DNA from: Candidatus Poribacteria bacterium
GTDB lineage: Bacteria; Poribacteria; WGA-4E; WGA-3G
Assembly: GCA_965214095.1 (NCBI GenBank)
Contig: OZ243938.1
Coordinates: 4,256,001 to 4,320,000, forward strand
Reading direction: 5' to 3'
DNA length: 64,000 nt
Below, one piece after another: positions 29,683 through 38,675 of the stretch. How positions within the stretch are numbered: position 1 is the stretch's first letter; every line of letters starts with the position of its first letter. Both the position numbers and the translations under genes were made by a program. The notes under the pieces are model-generated. The model saw nothing but the letters and a program-made list of their open reading frames with translations, made no database searches and had not been told where the DNA came from.

Positions 29683-32215
29683 CTTTAATTTGCTCCCAAA
29701 TTTGACGACTATTCTCTTCTACCTGGAATTTCAGAAATTCTTGGCTGTTCTGCAGTAACCATTCACATTTCAGATAAGTTGTTGACCTATTCAATTGTTT
29801 TTTTTCTGATGGAAGTAACTTTATAGTATGATTATCAGATTCAGTTCTGTTTTCAATAAAACCTAATTCTTCAAAGATTGTGAGTCCGGTGTAGATAACT
29901 TGTTTTGAAGTATCTTCAAATGAATCGGTAAGTGATTCAATACCAATATAATTTGTTCTAGCGTTCTGTCTCAATTCTTGGTAAAGAAGTGTAAGAAACT
30001 TTCTGTCTGGAACCACTTTATTTAATGCATTCTGTAGTAATTCTACATCCGTCTTAGTATTGTATAGGAGATGTAGCAATGTCGTATTTTGCGTATTTGC
30101 TGCTGGTTTGCTCCGGCTGAAGAAATCCGCAGATTGCTTTGTTAAGTGACAAAATATAACATGCTCTACATCAGGAACAGTATCTATTGCAGATTCTGAT
30201 ATGATATCTGAAGAGACAACTGCGGCAAGTTCTCCACTCTTAAGTTTTTCCAATAGTTTAATTTCTTCTTCCAATACTGTTGTTTGGTCGTGTCGACCTG
30301 TAGATTCTGCATGTTCAGGTATAACATGAGTCAACAATTGTTCTATTTTCTCAGGACTGTGTACATATATTATACACTTATTTTTGTTATTGAGCAAACC
30401 CAAGAGATATTCTTTTTTGTTCTTGTTTCTTGAGTCAACGACTCTTCCAGATGAAGGAAAATCACTGGGTGGAAAAACCGTTTGGTTTGGTGATCTTTCA
30501 CGCACACGAAATTCTTCAAGAATAAGTTGAACGGATCGAGTGTCATTATACTCATTGATTTGAGGAGAATATGCCATATCTATTGAAATGGCTGGTCGAC
30601 TCAATGTTGTGTAGTGTTCAGATTTCCGCCAACCTACCGTTCTTAATTTAGAGGCCCCATTGCTTACTCTCATTGACAGATGAAGTTGATCCTTTCCCAT
30701 CAACGTAGGTGGACCTACAATTGAAAGACTCTTGCTAATAAAGCGTGGAGATGGATTTTCTAAGCCAAATGGTTCCAATATTGAGAACTGTTCTAAAGTT
30801 TGTAACGTAAGGGTTTGTAAATTTGTTTCAAAATCTAAGGTAAGTTTGGGTATTAAGTCGGTTTCAGTAAGATGTTCGCATGCGAATTCGTTGAATGCTC
30901 TTTTAAATTTATTGAGATTTTCTTTCTTTAGTGTCACTCCCGCAGCTGCTTTGTGTCCGCCATGTTTGATGAGAAGGTGTGAGCAGCTATTCAAACTATC
31001 AGCAAGATTCATTCCTTCTATACATCGTCCCGACCCTGTGGCTTCATCCCCATCTATCACAAGTACGAAGATCGGACGATAGTACTGTTCAAGCAGACGC
31101 GCTGCAACAATCCCTACGACTCCTTTCGCTTGTGGACCCCATTCGCTATCTGCCACAACTAACCCTTTATACTCATCAAGGTTCTCATCTATTCTGAGTT
31201 TTTCATTAGCTTTTTCCTGTATGTCTTTTTCTAAATCTTTTCGTTTCTGATTACATGAATTTAATTCATCGGCAAGTTTCTCAGCAGTTTCAGCTGACTC
31301 AGTTGTTAAGAGTTCAACAACCGTTTTTGCAGTATCCATTCGTCCTGCTGCATTTATACGAGGTCCCAATCCCCATGATAAAGCCTGTCCATCTAATTCG
31401 TTATCAGGAAATTTAGCGACATCACACAGTTTGCGTATTCCGATACGGCTTTGCTTACTGATTTCTTCTAATCCAAGTTTGCTTAACGTACGGTTTTCAC
31501 CAGTAAGTGGTGCGAGGTCAACGACTGTACCTAACACGACGAGATCAAGCAATGAAGTAAGGTACGCCTCATCTTCTATCAATCCTTGTGCTAATTTGAA
31601 AGCTAATCCAACGCCAGCCAGATCGGTGTAAGGATATTCATTTCCTGGAATTTTCGGTGATATGATTGCATAAGCAGGAGGAGGGTCGCTTTCAGGGGGT
31701 TGGTGGTGGTCAGTCAGAATTACATCCATACCAAGTTGATTTGCAAATTTAACTTGATCAATTGAAGTTATTCCGCAGTCAACAGTTATCAGTAATTTAC
31801 ATCCTTTCTCGCTGATTTCTTTAATCGCTTGTTTATTAAGACCGTATCCTTCTTCATACCGATGTGGGATGTAGTATTTGACTGGAAAATCAATATGTTG
31901 AAATGCATTGACCAATAGTGCTGTTGCAGTTGTGCCATCTGCATCATAATCACCATAAATACATAATTGTTCACCGTTTTTGATAGCATTCCGGATTCTT
32001 TCAATTGCTTTTGCCATATCTGCCATGTCAAACGGAGAGTGAAGGTCAGCATAGGTTGGGTATAGATATGTTTTCGCATGTTCAACCGTTTTTATTCCGC
32101 GGTTAACAAGTAAACGTGCTACAAGTGGTGTGATGCCGAATTCCGCTGCCAGCATAAGACTCGTGTCAATATCTGGGTTCTGGTATCGCCATATTTTTGA
32201 GGGCTGCTGTTTCAT
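29642..32215 (-). CDS. recJ: ssDNA-specific exonuclease RecJ with C-terminal extension
   Basis: YGDYDADG, TVDCG, TDHH, PRINAAGR, GGH.AAAG, EPFG..NP.P. Confidence 0.93.
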   Translation of the reverse strand: MKQQPSKIWRYQNPDIDTSLMLAAEFGITPLVARLLVNRGIKTVEHAKTYLYPTYADLHSPFDMADMAKAIERIRNAIKNGEQLCIYGDYDADGTTATALLVNAFQHIDFPVKYYIPHRYEEGYGLNKQAIKEISEKGCKLLITVDCGITSIDQVKFANQLGMDVILTDHHQPPESDPPPAYAIISPKIPGNEYPYTDLAGVGLAFKLAQGLIEDEAYLTSLLDLVVLGTVVDLAPLTGENRTLSKLGLEEISKQSRIGIRKLCDVAKFPDNELDGQALSWGLGPRINAAGRMDTAKTVVELLTTESAETAEKLADELNSCNQKRKDLEKDIQEKANEKLRIDENLDEYKGLVVADSEWGPQAKGVVGIVAARLLEQYYRPIFVLVIDGDEATGSGRCIEGMNLADSLNSCSHLLIKHGGHKAAAGVTLKKENLNKFKRAFNEFACEHLTETDLIPKLTLDFETNLQTLTLQTLEQFSILEPFGLENPSPRFISKSLSIVGPPTLMGKDQLHLSMRVSNGASKLRTVGWRKSEHYTTLSRPAISIDMAYSPQINEYNDTRSVQLILEEFRVRERSPNQTVFPPSDFPSSGRVVDSRNKNKKEYLLGLLNNKNKCIIYVHSPEKIEQLLTHVIPEHAESTGRHDQTTVLEEEIKLLEKLKSGELAAVVSSDIISESAIDTVPDVEHVIFCHLTKQSADFFSRSKPAANTQNTTLLHLLYNTKTDVELLQNALNKVVPDRKFLTLLYQELRQNARTNYIGIESLTDSFEDTSKQVIYTGLTIFEELGFIENRTESDNHTIKLLPSEKKQLNRSTTYLKCEWLLQNSQEFLKFQVEENSRQIWEQIKDECGIPITDYSET

Positions 32216-32449
32216 TAAATTATAATCTCTTATGTATGTTAATTGTAATATAGTACAAGAATCTATTAGTTTAATAAGAGTTAATATATCATGAAATGTC
32301 TCATTCGTCAATGTAATCTAATATTTTTGCCAGGGTTATTAATGAATACGACTCCTTAAAATTAAATAACCCTGCCAAATTTGCCAATCCGTTGCAAATA
32401 TGTTACAATAGCCACATAATACCTTTTACCTAAAAGAGTCAAACATTAG

Positions 32450-32806
32450 ATGGGAAGTGAATTTAAAAGAACACTCATAGTTTTCATAGGATTTATTCTG
32501 GTTTTAGCTGCTATCCTAATCGTTCTCATCCTACGTTATTCAGCCTATGGTTCAATCATAGAAACGATGGAGATGGTAGACTTCAATGGGATTTTCTTAG
32601 CATTTATGGGTGCAGCAGTGCTGAACCTGATTAGTGTTGTTCTAACATTCGGTCTGGCGCGTGCGTGGGTAAAAGAACAACCAGAATTCGCTGAGAACAT
32701 ATTTCGTTTTGCCAAAACTATCAGTATAACGTTGATCATTATAATTGGTGGTTTAGCAGGGGGAATTATTGTACTAAGAACTTTGTGGACAATCGGATAT
32801 TTTTAA
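32450..32806 (+). CDS. Small membrane protein (about 3 TM helices)
   Basis: Three hydrophobic segments; isolated ORF occupying an intergenic gap. Confidence 0.6.
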   Translation: MGSEFKRTLIVFIGFILVLAAILIVLILRYSAYGSIIETMEMVDFNGIFLAFMGAAVLNLISVVLTFGLARAWVKEQPEFAENIFRFAKTISITLIIIIGGLAGGIIVLRTLWTIGYF

Positions 32807-32808
32807 GT

Positions 32809-32837
32809 TTGCATTTGTATTGTAAATGTGATATAAT
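32809..32837 (+). promoter_or_regulatory. Putative sigma70 promoter of the infC operon
   Basis: TTGCAT-17 bp-TATAAT with extended -10 TG. Confidence 0.55.
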
Positions 32838-33036
32838 ACCGTAATTAATATTTGGCTAAACATTCAATAGTGTTTAGTATGTATCAACATTTTGTAAAGA
32901 TTGATTAATTGTCGTCCAGTTTACAGAAAAGGTAAATACAAGATTAGTCGTGTGTAATCGCTATACGGGTTGTTCATTTTGTTCAATTACACGTAACTAT
33001 ATTGCACATGCAGGATTATTCATGGGGGTGTGAAAA

Positions 33037-33582
33037 ATACACTATAGAGGCAGACGTAATCAGAAACCGAAGGAAAGACAGACTCGTTCTAATTATCAAA
33101 TACGAGCCAAAGAAATTTTGCTTATTGATGAAGAAAACAATCAGGTTGGTGTGATGACACCACGCGAGGCGATGAATCGTGCTGAAGAAGTCGGTTTGGA
33201 TTTGGTTGAAGTTTCACCAAATGCGAAACCACCTGTTTGTAAGATAATGAATTACGGGAAATATCAATACGAGAAGAATAAACGTGCAAAAGAGGCCCGA
33301 AAGAAACAGTCGAAGATTGTCCTGAAAGAGATACAGTTTCGACCAGATACTGCCGAACATGATTACCAATTCAAAAAACGTCATGTTGAAGACTTTTTGA
33401 AAAACGGTTGGAAGGTACGGGCAACTGTGCGTTTTCGCGGTAGGGAGATGCTCCACACAGAGTTGGGCAGAAACATGCTTTCCCGATTGGAAGAAGACGT
33501 GGCTGAACTGGCAGAGGTAGAACAACCTGCTAAGATGGAAACACGTGTCATGACCATGCTTCTAACACCGAAATCTTCATAA
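33037..33582 (+). CDS. infC: Translation initiation factor IF-3 (non-canonical ATA start)
   Basis: LDLVEVSP...PPVCKIM.YGK, KE...RP; the frame extends to ATA at 33037, 6 nt after a GGGGGTG SD, with an in-frame TGA at 33031. Confidence 0.92.
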   Translation: MHYRGRRNQKPKERQTRSNYQIRAKEILLIDEENNQVGVMTPREAMNRAEEVGLDLVEVSPNAKPPVCKIMNYGKYQYEKNKRAKEARKKQSKIVLKEIQFRPDTAEHDYQFKKRHVEDFLKNGWKVRATVRFRGREMLHTELGRNMLSRLEEDVAELAEVEQPAKMETRVMTMLLTPKSS

Positions 33583-33796
33583 GTTAGTGTCTCATACATT
33601 CTATGAACGGCACAACAACGCATATTTGTGTTCATAGAATTCTGTATCCCTTCTGATTTGACGGCTATTGAAGAGATACACCTTTTGCGAGGGGACAACG
33701 TTTCTCCTCGTTTATTTTGTAAGTTTATGTCTACACCCTATCTAAAGAGGACCTTCAATAAGTCAGTTAATAAAAGCCGTAATAGAGGATATTGTA

Positions 33797-33988
33797 ATGC
33801 CGAAAAAGAAAACGCATAAAGGCGCAGCAAAACGTTTCAAATTTACTGCAAAAGGGAAGATTCGCCGTAATCGAGCGTATGCGGGACACTTATTTATCTC
33901 AAAATCTGCGAAACGGAAACGACGTTTACGACAATCTACATTAGTTGATCCAAGCAATGAGAAACGATTGAAACGTTTAATTTATTAG
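33797..33988 (+). CDS. rpmI: 50S ribosomal protein L35
   Basis: MPK.KTHKGAAKRFK.T..GK; infC-rpmI-rplT synteny. Confidence 0.96.
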   Translation: MPKKKTHKGAAKRFKFTAKGKIRRNRAYAGHLFISKSAKRKRRLRQSTLVDPSNEKRLKRLIY

Positions 33989-33997
33989 GAGTTCAAA

Positions 33998-34345
33998 ATG
34001 TCACGAGTAAAAACAGGGAATATCCGCCGGAAACGGAGGAAACGGATTCTTAAGCATTCCAAAGGTTTTCGTGGTGGACGTAATAATCTCAGACGTACCG
34101 CGGTGGAAGCGGTTGAAAAAGCGTGGAATCACGCTTATACACATAGACGTGCGCGAAAACGCGACTTTAGACGACTCTGGATTATGCGTATTAATGCCGC
34201 CGCAAGACTGCACGGATTGACATACAGTAAATTCATTCACGGACTAAAGACCGCAGGTGTGGAATTAGATAGAAAAGTCCTTGCTGACATTGCAGTGAAT
34301 GATGCATCAGGATTTGAACAACTTGCCACCTTGGCAAAGGGATAG
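33998..34345 (+). CDS. rplT: 50S ribosomal protein L20
   Basis: [30 protein letters not shown]. Confidence 0.97.
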   Translation: MSRVKTGNIRRKRRKRILKHSKGFRGGRNNLRRTAVEAVEKAWNHAYTHRRARKRDFRRLWIMRINAAARLHGLTYSKFIHGLKTAGVELDRKVLADIAVNDASGFEQLATLAKG

Positions 34346-34352
34346 ATTGAAC

Positions 34353-34604
34353 GGCAGTGAAGGGCAAAGTAGGTCGTTGAGACATCTCAAACAGAGATAC
34401 CGTGCCATCGGCTGGAAGCGCGGTTTTGGGAGCAACGACTGAATTTCATCCTGGAGCCAATTGACAAAGAAATGAAGCGGGCAGATTTAACAATCTGTCA
34501 AGCGGGGTGGTACCGCGGAAGTAGATGCTTGTCGCTTTCGTCCCCATAAATATCTCAAGTAAAACTTGAGATAGAGGGACAGTGTGACAGGCATAAATTT
34601 TTTA
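34353..34604 (+). promoter_or_regulatory. Phe-specific T-box riboswitch leader
   Basis: Stem I elements AGTA, AGAGA, GCTG; specifier loop GAA-T-TTC-A (UUC at 34445-34447); T-box AAGCGGGGTGGTACCGCGG (~34500-34518); downstream hairpin plus T-run before pheS. Confidence 0.88.
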
Positions 34605-34614
34605 TAAGGCGACT

Positions 34615-35631
34615 ATGAAAGCAGAATTAGAAGCAATTCAAGTAGCAGCACAGGAAGCATTAAAAGATGTGAAAACTGCAGAGGCACTTGAATCGCTGAG
34701 AATTGAATACTTTGGACGCAGAGGAAAGTTGACAGATGTTATGAAGGGCATGGGGCAACTTTCTAAAGAAGAACGACCTGTTATTGGAAAACTCGCGAAT
34801 GAGGTGCGTGCATCCTTAACGGAAGCTTTTGAAGTGACGAAGAACGCACTGGAGAGCGAACATCAAGAACAGCAACTCATTGCAGAATCAATTGATATTA
34901 CACTTCCTGGACGAAAACCTGCTTACGGGAAAGCACACCCCGTGATGCAGACGTTAGAACGGATTGAATCGATTTTCACACAAATGGGGTTTCAAGTGGT
35001 GACGGGACCAGAAGTTGAAACGGAACATTATAATTTTGATGCGCTAAACACACCACCTGACCATCCCGCCCGCGATCTGCATGATACTTTCTATCTGACA
35101 GATGGTCATCTGTTACGGACCCATACTTCCCCAGTTCAAATCCGAGCGATGGAAAACCAGAAACCACCAGTTCGTATTATTGTTCCCGGTAAAGCGTATC
35201 GTGTGGATTACGATGTATCACATACACCTATGTTTCACCAGGTTGAGGGGTTGCTTGTGGATAGACACGTCACTTTCAGTGAATTGAAAGGGTTGTTAGT
35301 ATCTTTTGCCAGACAGATGTTTGGTGATCAGACGCGGATGCGTTTCCGTCCACATTTTTTTCCGTTTACTGAACCGAGTGCTGAAGCGGATATTACATGC
35401 ACTGTGTGCCGAGGTGAAGGTTGTCGTAGTTGTGGACACACAGGATGGATAGAGATATTAGGGGCAGGTGCGGTTGACCCAGAGGTGTTCCGTGCTGTCA
35501 ACTATGACCCTGAAGAAGTTACTGGATTCGCCTTCGGGATGGGTGTAGAACGTATCGCCAATCTTCAGTTCCGTATCCCAGACATCCGCACATTTTATGA
35601 AAACGATCTTCGGTTCTTAAGACAGTTTTAA
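34615..35631 (+). CDS. pheS: Phenylalanine--tRNA ligase alpha subunit
   Basis: HPARD.HDTFY, LLRTHTSPVQ, FHQVEG, FPFTEPS.E, GFAFGMGVER. Confidence 0.97.
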   Translation: MKAELEAIQVAAQEALKDVKTAEALESLRIEYFGRRGKLTDVMKGMGQLSKEERPVIGKLANEVRASLTEAFEVTKNALESEHQEQQLIAESIDITLPGRKPAYGKAHPVMQTLERIESIFTQMGFQVVTGPEVETEHYNFDALNTPPDHPARDLHDTFYLTDGHLLRTHTSPVQIRAMENQKPPVRIIVPGKAYRVDYDVSHTPMFHQVEGLLVDRHVTFSELKGLLVSFARQMFGDQTRMRFRPHFFPFTEPSAEADITCTVCRGEGCRSCGHTGWIEILGAGAVDPEVFRAVNYDPEEVTGFAFGMGVERIANLQFRIPDIRTFYENDLRFLRQF

Positions 35632-35692
35632 ACAAATTAAAGCAAGTTTGATATAATCATATATTAGAATCGGTGCGATTGGGAAACCGCAT

Positions 35693-35862
35693 CATAAACG
35701 TCAATTTAGCATCCTTCCAGTACCGGTAGGTTCGGTTTCCTAACCGAACCGGCTTTGTGCCAAATACCTTCTTAGAGGTTCTCGCGTACGATCCGGTTCG
35801 GTTAGGAAACCGAACCTACCGTCCTAGGAAAACGCCTAATTTACACTAAATTGATGCATAAG
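35693..35862. mobile_element. Non-autonomous MITE (170 bp) with TIRs related to the IS4 element, carrying two inverted REP hairpins
   Basis: Left end CATAAACGTCAATTTA (15/16 identical to the IS TIR); right end TAAATTGATGCATAAG (13/16); REPs at 35726-35750 and 35795-35819; degenerate 20-bp flanking repeats. Confidence 0.7.
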
Positions 35863-35991
35863 TTGTGATTAGGAAATCGCACCTGTCGGAGTTGTGAGAG
35901 TAAGGTCATAAGCAAGAAAAACACATAAATAAAGTATCGATTCACATTAAATTAAGTAAATTTCTGATTTGCTGTAAAAAGGACTCATAAA

Positions 35992-38388
35992 TTGAACGTA
36001 ACAATAAATTGGCTGAAAACATACATAGACTTTGACTTTTCTGCGGAAGAACTTGCGGAAAGGTTAACGATGTTAGGGATTGAAGTAGAATCTATCAAAG
36101 AACTTGGCACTGCATTAAAAGGTGTCGTCGTCGGTAAAGTGAATTGCATCAAACCACATCCGAATGCGGATAAACTTGTGCTTTGTCAGGTGGATATTGG
36201 TGAGGAAGACACACTCCAGATAGTTTGTGGCGCACCAAATGCACGTGAAGGAATGTTCGCACCTGTCGCAACAATAGGCACAGATTTACCCACTGGTATC
36301 TCAATAAAACGCGCTAAACTACGTGGTGAAGAATCGCACGGGATGCTCTGTTCAGAGAAAGAGTTGGGAATCTCTGATGATGCTGCAGGACTGATGGAAT
36401 TATCCTCTGATATTCCCATCGGTATCGGGTTCACCGATGCCTTGGGTTTAGATGATACAATCTTTGAACTGGAAATAACCCCGAACCGTCCAGACTGCTT
36501 GAGTTTAATCGGTGTCGCTCGCGAGATTAGAGCAGAAACAGGTAATGACATAAAATTGCCTGAAGTGAATATACAAGAAGACGGCACTGACATTCGCGAA
36601 ATCACTTCTGTCACTATTGATGCACCAGATCTCTGCCCTCGTTATGCAGCACGTGTGATCCGTGGCGTGAAAATAGGGGAATCACCGGATTGGTTAAAAC
36701 AGCGACTTGAGTCTGTCGGCATTGGTGTTATCAATAATATTGTGGATGTTACAAACTTTGTCTTGATGGAGTATGGACAACCGTTGCATGCATTTGATTA
36801 CAACAAACTGGGAGAAAACCGCATTGTTGTGCGTCGGGCAGCAGAAGGTGAACAGATCACAACCCTTGATGAAGAGGAACGCAAACTCACGCCTGATATG
36901 TTAGTGATCGCTGATGCAGAAAGACCTATAGCACTTGCTGGAATTATGGGAGGATATGATTCAGAGATCACTGGCACAACGTGTGATGTGCTGCTGGAAA
37001 GTGCTAATTTCGATCCTTCAAGTGTTCGTGCAACCGCAAAAGCCTTGGGTTTGAACACAGAGGCATCATATAGATTTGAACGAGGTGTGGATCCAGAGAC
37101 AGTTATTCCGGCAATTGACCGCGCAACGCAACTTATTGTAGAGTTGGCAGGTGGCACAGTATGTGAAGGGATTATTGATGAATATCCGGGGAAATGTGAA
37201 CTCTTACAGATTCAGCTTCGTCCTGAACGCGTCAACTTCATATTAGGAACCGAACTTGAAGCAGATGAGATTAAACAGATTCTGCTCCGTTTAGGGTTTG
37301 GTGTAGACACTTTACAACAACAGGATTATGTCTATCAGGTCACAGTGCCGACATACCGTAGAGATATTACACGTGAGATTGATCTGATTGAGGAGATTGC
37401 GCGTGTACACGGGTATGACAACATCCCTACATCGCTGCCAAAAGGCGACATCCCTGTTCCCACGACTAACACCTTAGATGAAGTCCGCAGACGCATAAAG
37501 CAGTATCTGCTTGGTTCAGGTATGATGGAAGCGATAAACTATAGTTTCTGCCATCCGAACTGCTTTGACAAAATACGTTTAACTGAAAACAATCCACTCC
37601 GTGATGCATTGAAACTACAAAATCCGTTGAGTCCAGAGATGTCAATCCTTCGCACGACATTATTGCCGAGTCTACTTGAAAATGCTCTCCATAACCATAA
37701 TCATCAGATAGATACTATTGCACTCTTTGAGATATCCACAGTGTTCTTGAATTCCGAAGAACCGGCACGCATTGCTGGCATTCTTGCAGGTGAAATAGGG
37801 GGAGGAGTCTACGGAAATCCGTATCACCCACCAGATTTCTTTGACATCAAAGGGCTTGTTGAGGGAGCACTTGAGACATGCGGCATTACCGATTGGAAAT
37901 ATGCGAAAACTGATGAGCCAACATTCCATCCGGGGCGAAATGCTGAAGTGTTGTTGAGAGATCAACGTATCGGGATTCTGGGTGAAGCACATCCAGAGGT
38001 GCTTGATAATTACGAACTTCCTTACAAGGTATATCTCTTTGACCTTGATCTTGATAAACTGGCAGACGCAGCAGATTTCTCCAAACGATTTGAACCGATT
38101 CCTGTCTATCCCAGTGTTTTGCGTGACCTTGCGATTGTTGTAGATCAGGAAATGCCATCCGATATGCCGATAGATATTATCTATTCCACTGGTGGGGATC
38201 TGGTGGAATCGGTGCGACTGTTTGATGTATATGTGGGTGATCAAGTGCAAGAAGGCAAGAAAAGTCTGGCATATACAATAACATATCATTCTACCACCGT
38301 GACCTTGACGGATAAGGAAGTCAACGACCTTCATGAAAAAGTTGTCAAACGGCTGAATCAGGAACTCGGCGCGGAGCTGCGGTTGTAG
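35992..38388 (+). CDS. pheT: Phenylalanine--tRNA ligase beta subunit
   Basis: HPNADKL, IVCGAPN, S.GMLCS..ELG, TPNRPDCLS, RFERGVD, DLIEEIAR, FDVY.G..KKSLA. Confidence 0.97.
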   Translation: MNVTINWLKTYIDFDFSAEELAERLTMLGIEVESIKELGTALKGVVVGKVNCIKPHPNADKLVLCQVDIGEEDTLQIVCGAPNAREGMFAPVATIGTDLPTGISIKRAKLRGEESHGMLCSEKELGISDDAAGLMELSSDIPIGIGFTDALGLDDTIFELEITPNRPDCLSLIGVAREIRAETGNDIKLPEVNIQEDGTDIREITSVTIDAPDLCPRYAARVIRGVKIGESPDWLKQRLESVGIGVINNIVDVTNFVLMEYGQPLHAFDYNKLGENRIVVRRAAEGEQITTLDEEERKLTPDMLVIADAERPIALAGIMGGYDSEITGTTCDVLLESANFDPSSVRATAKALGLNTEASYRFERGVDPETVIPAIDRATQLIVELAGGTVCEGIIDEYPGKCELLQIQLRPERVNFILGTELEADEIKQILLRLGFGVDTLQQQDYVYQVTVPTYRRDITREIDLIEEIARVHGYDNIPTSLPKGDIPVPTTNTLDEVRRRIKQYLLGSGMMEAINYSFCHPNCFDKIRLTENNPLRDALKLQNPLSPEMSILRTTLLPSLLENALHNHNHQIDTIALFEISTVFLNSEEPARIAGILAGEIGGGVYGNPYHPPDFFDIKGLVEGALETCGITDWKYAKTDEPTFHPGRNAEVLLRDQRIGILGEAHPEVLDNYELPYKVYLFDLDLDKLADAADFSKRFEPIPVYPSVLRDLAIVVDQEMPSDMPIDIIYSTGGDLVESVRLFDVYVGDQVQEGKKSLAYTITYHSTTVTLTDKEVNDLHEKVVKRLNQELGAELRL

Positions 38389-38401
38389 TAGTTGTCTGAA
38401 C

Positions 38402-38434
38402 CAGGATTTTCAGGATTGTAGGATTTTCAGGATT
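38402..38434. repeat. Short imperfect tandem repeat with AGGATT cores (4 copies)
   Basis: CAGGATTTT CAGGATTGT AGGATTTT CAGGATT. Confidence 0.6.
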
Positions 38435-38463
38435 AGTCCATTTCTGAAAATTACTTACCTATA

Positions 38464-38510
38464 AGAAATAGATCGTTTGTAGTCGCGCAATTCATTGTAC
38501 TTCTCACATT
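38464..38510. repeat. Class-2 REP copy (degenerate)
   Basis: CGTTTGTAGTCGCGCAATTCATTG...CACATT matches the reverse complement of 7345-7390. Confidence 0.7.
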
Positions 38511-38536
38511 CGTCTTAAAATATGGCACATAATATC

Positions 38537-38639
38537 TATGGTAAATTATTGAATTCATTCTACACATTGCTGAGGCGAGGTTAGGAAACCTCGCCTACCG
38601 TTGATAGAAAGTGTTGATATAATTCTATGCTTTACCATA
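38537..38639. repeat. MITE-like element with TATGGTAAA/TTTACCATA ends and an internal class-1 REP
   Basis: 9-bp perfect inverted ends; AGGCGAGGTT-AGGA-AACCTCGCCT-AC at 38573-38598. Confidence 0.6.
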
Positions 38640-38675
38640 AATGGGATTTGTTATCAGAAACTCGGCAAAAACGCT

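Noticed and set aside
33583-33796. L20-binding leader or small ORF (33628-33819) between infC and rpmI
   Set aside because: A hairpin (CGAGGGGA...TCTCCTCG) is present but I cannot match it to a known leader; the small ORF has no RBS or recognisable motif
35673-35882. Mini CRISPR array or tRNA/ncRNA
   Set aside because: Repeats are inverted and irregularly spaced, related copies are dispersed intergenically, there are no cas genes, and there is no cloverleaf
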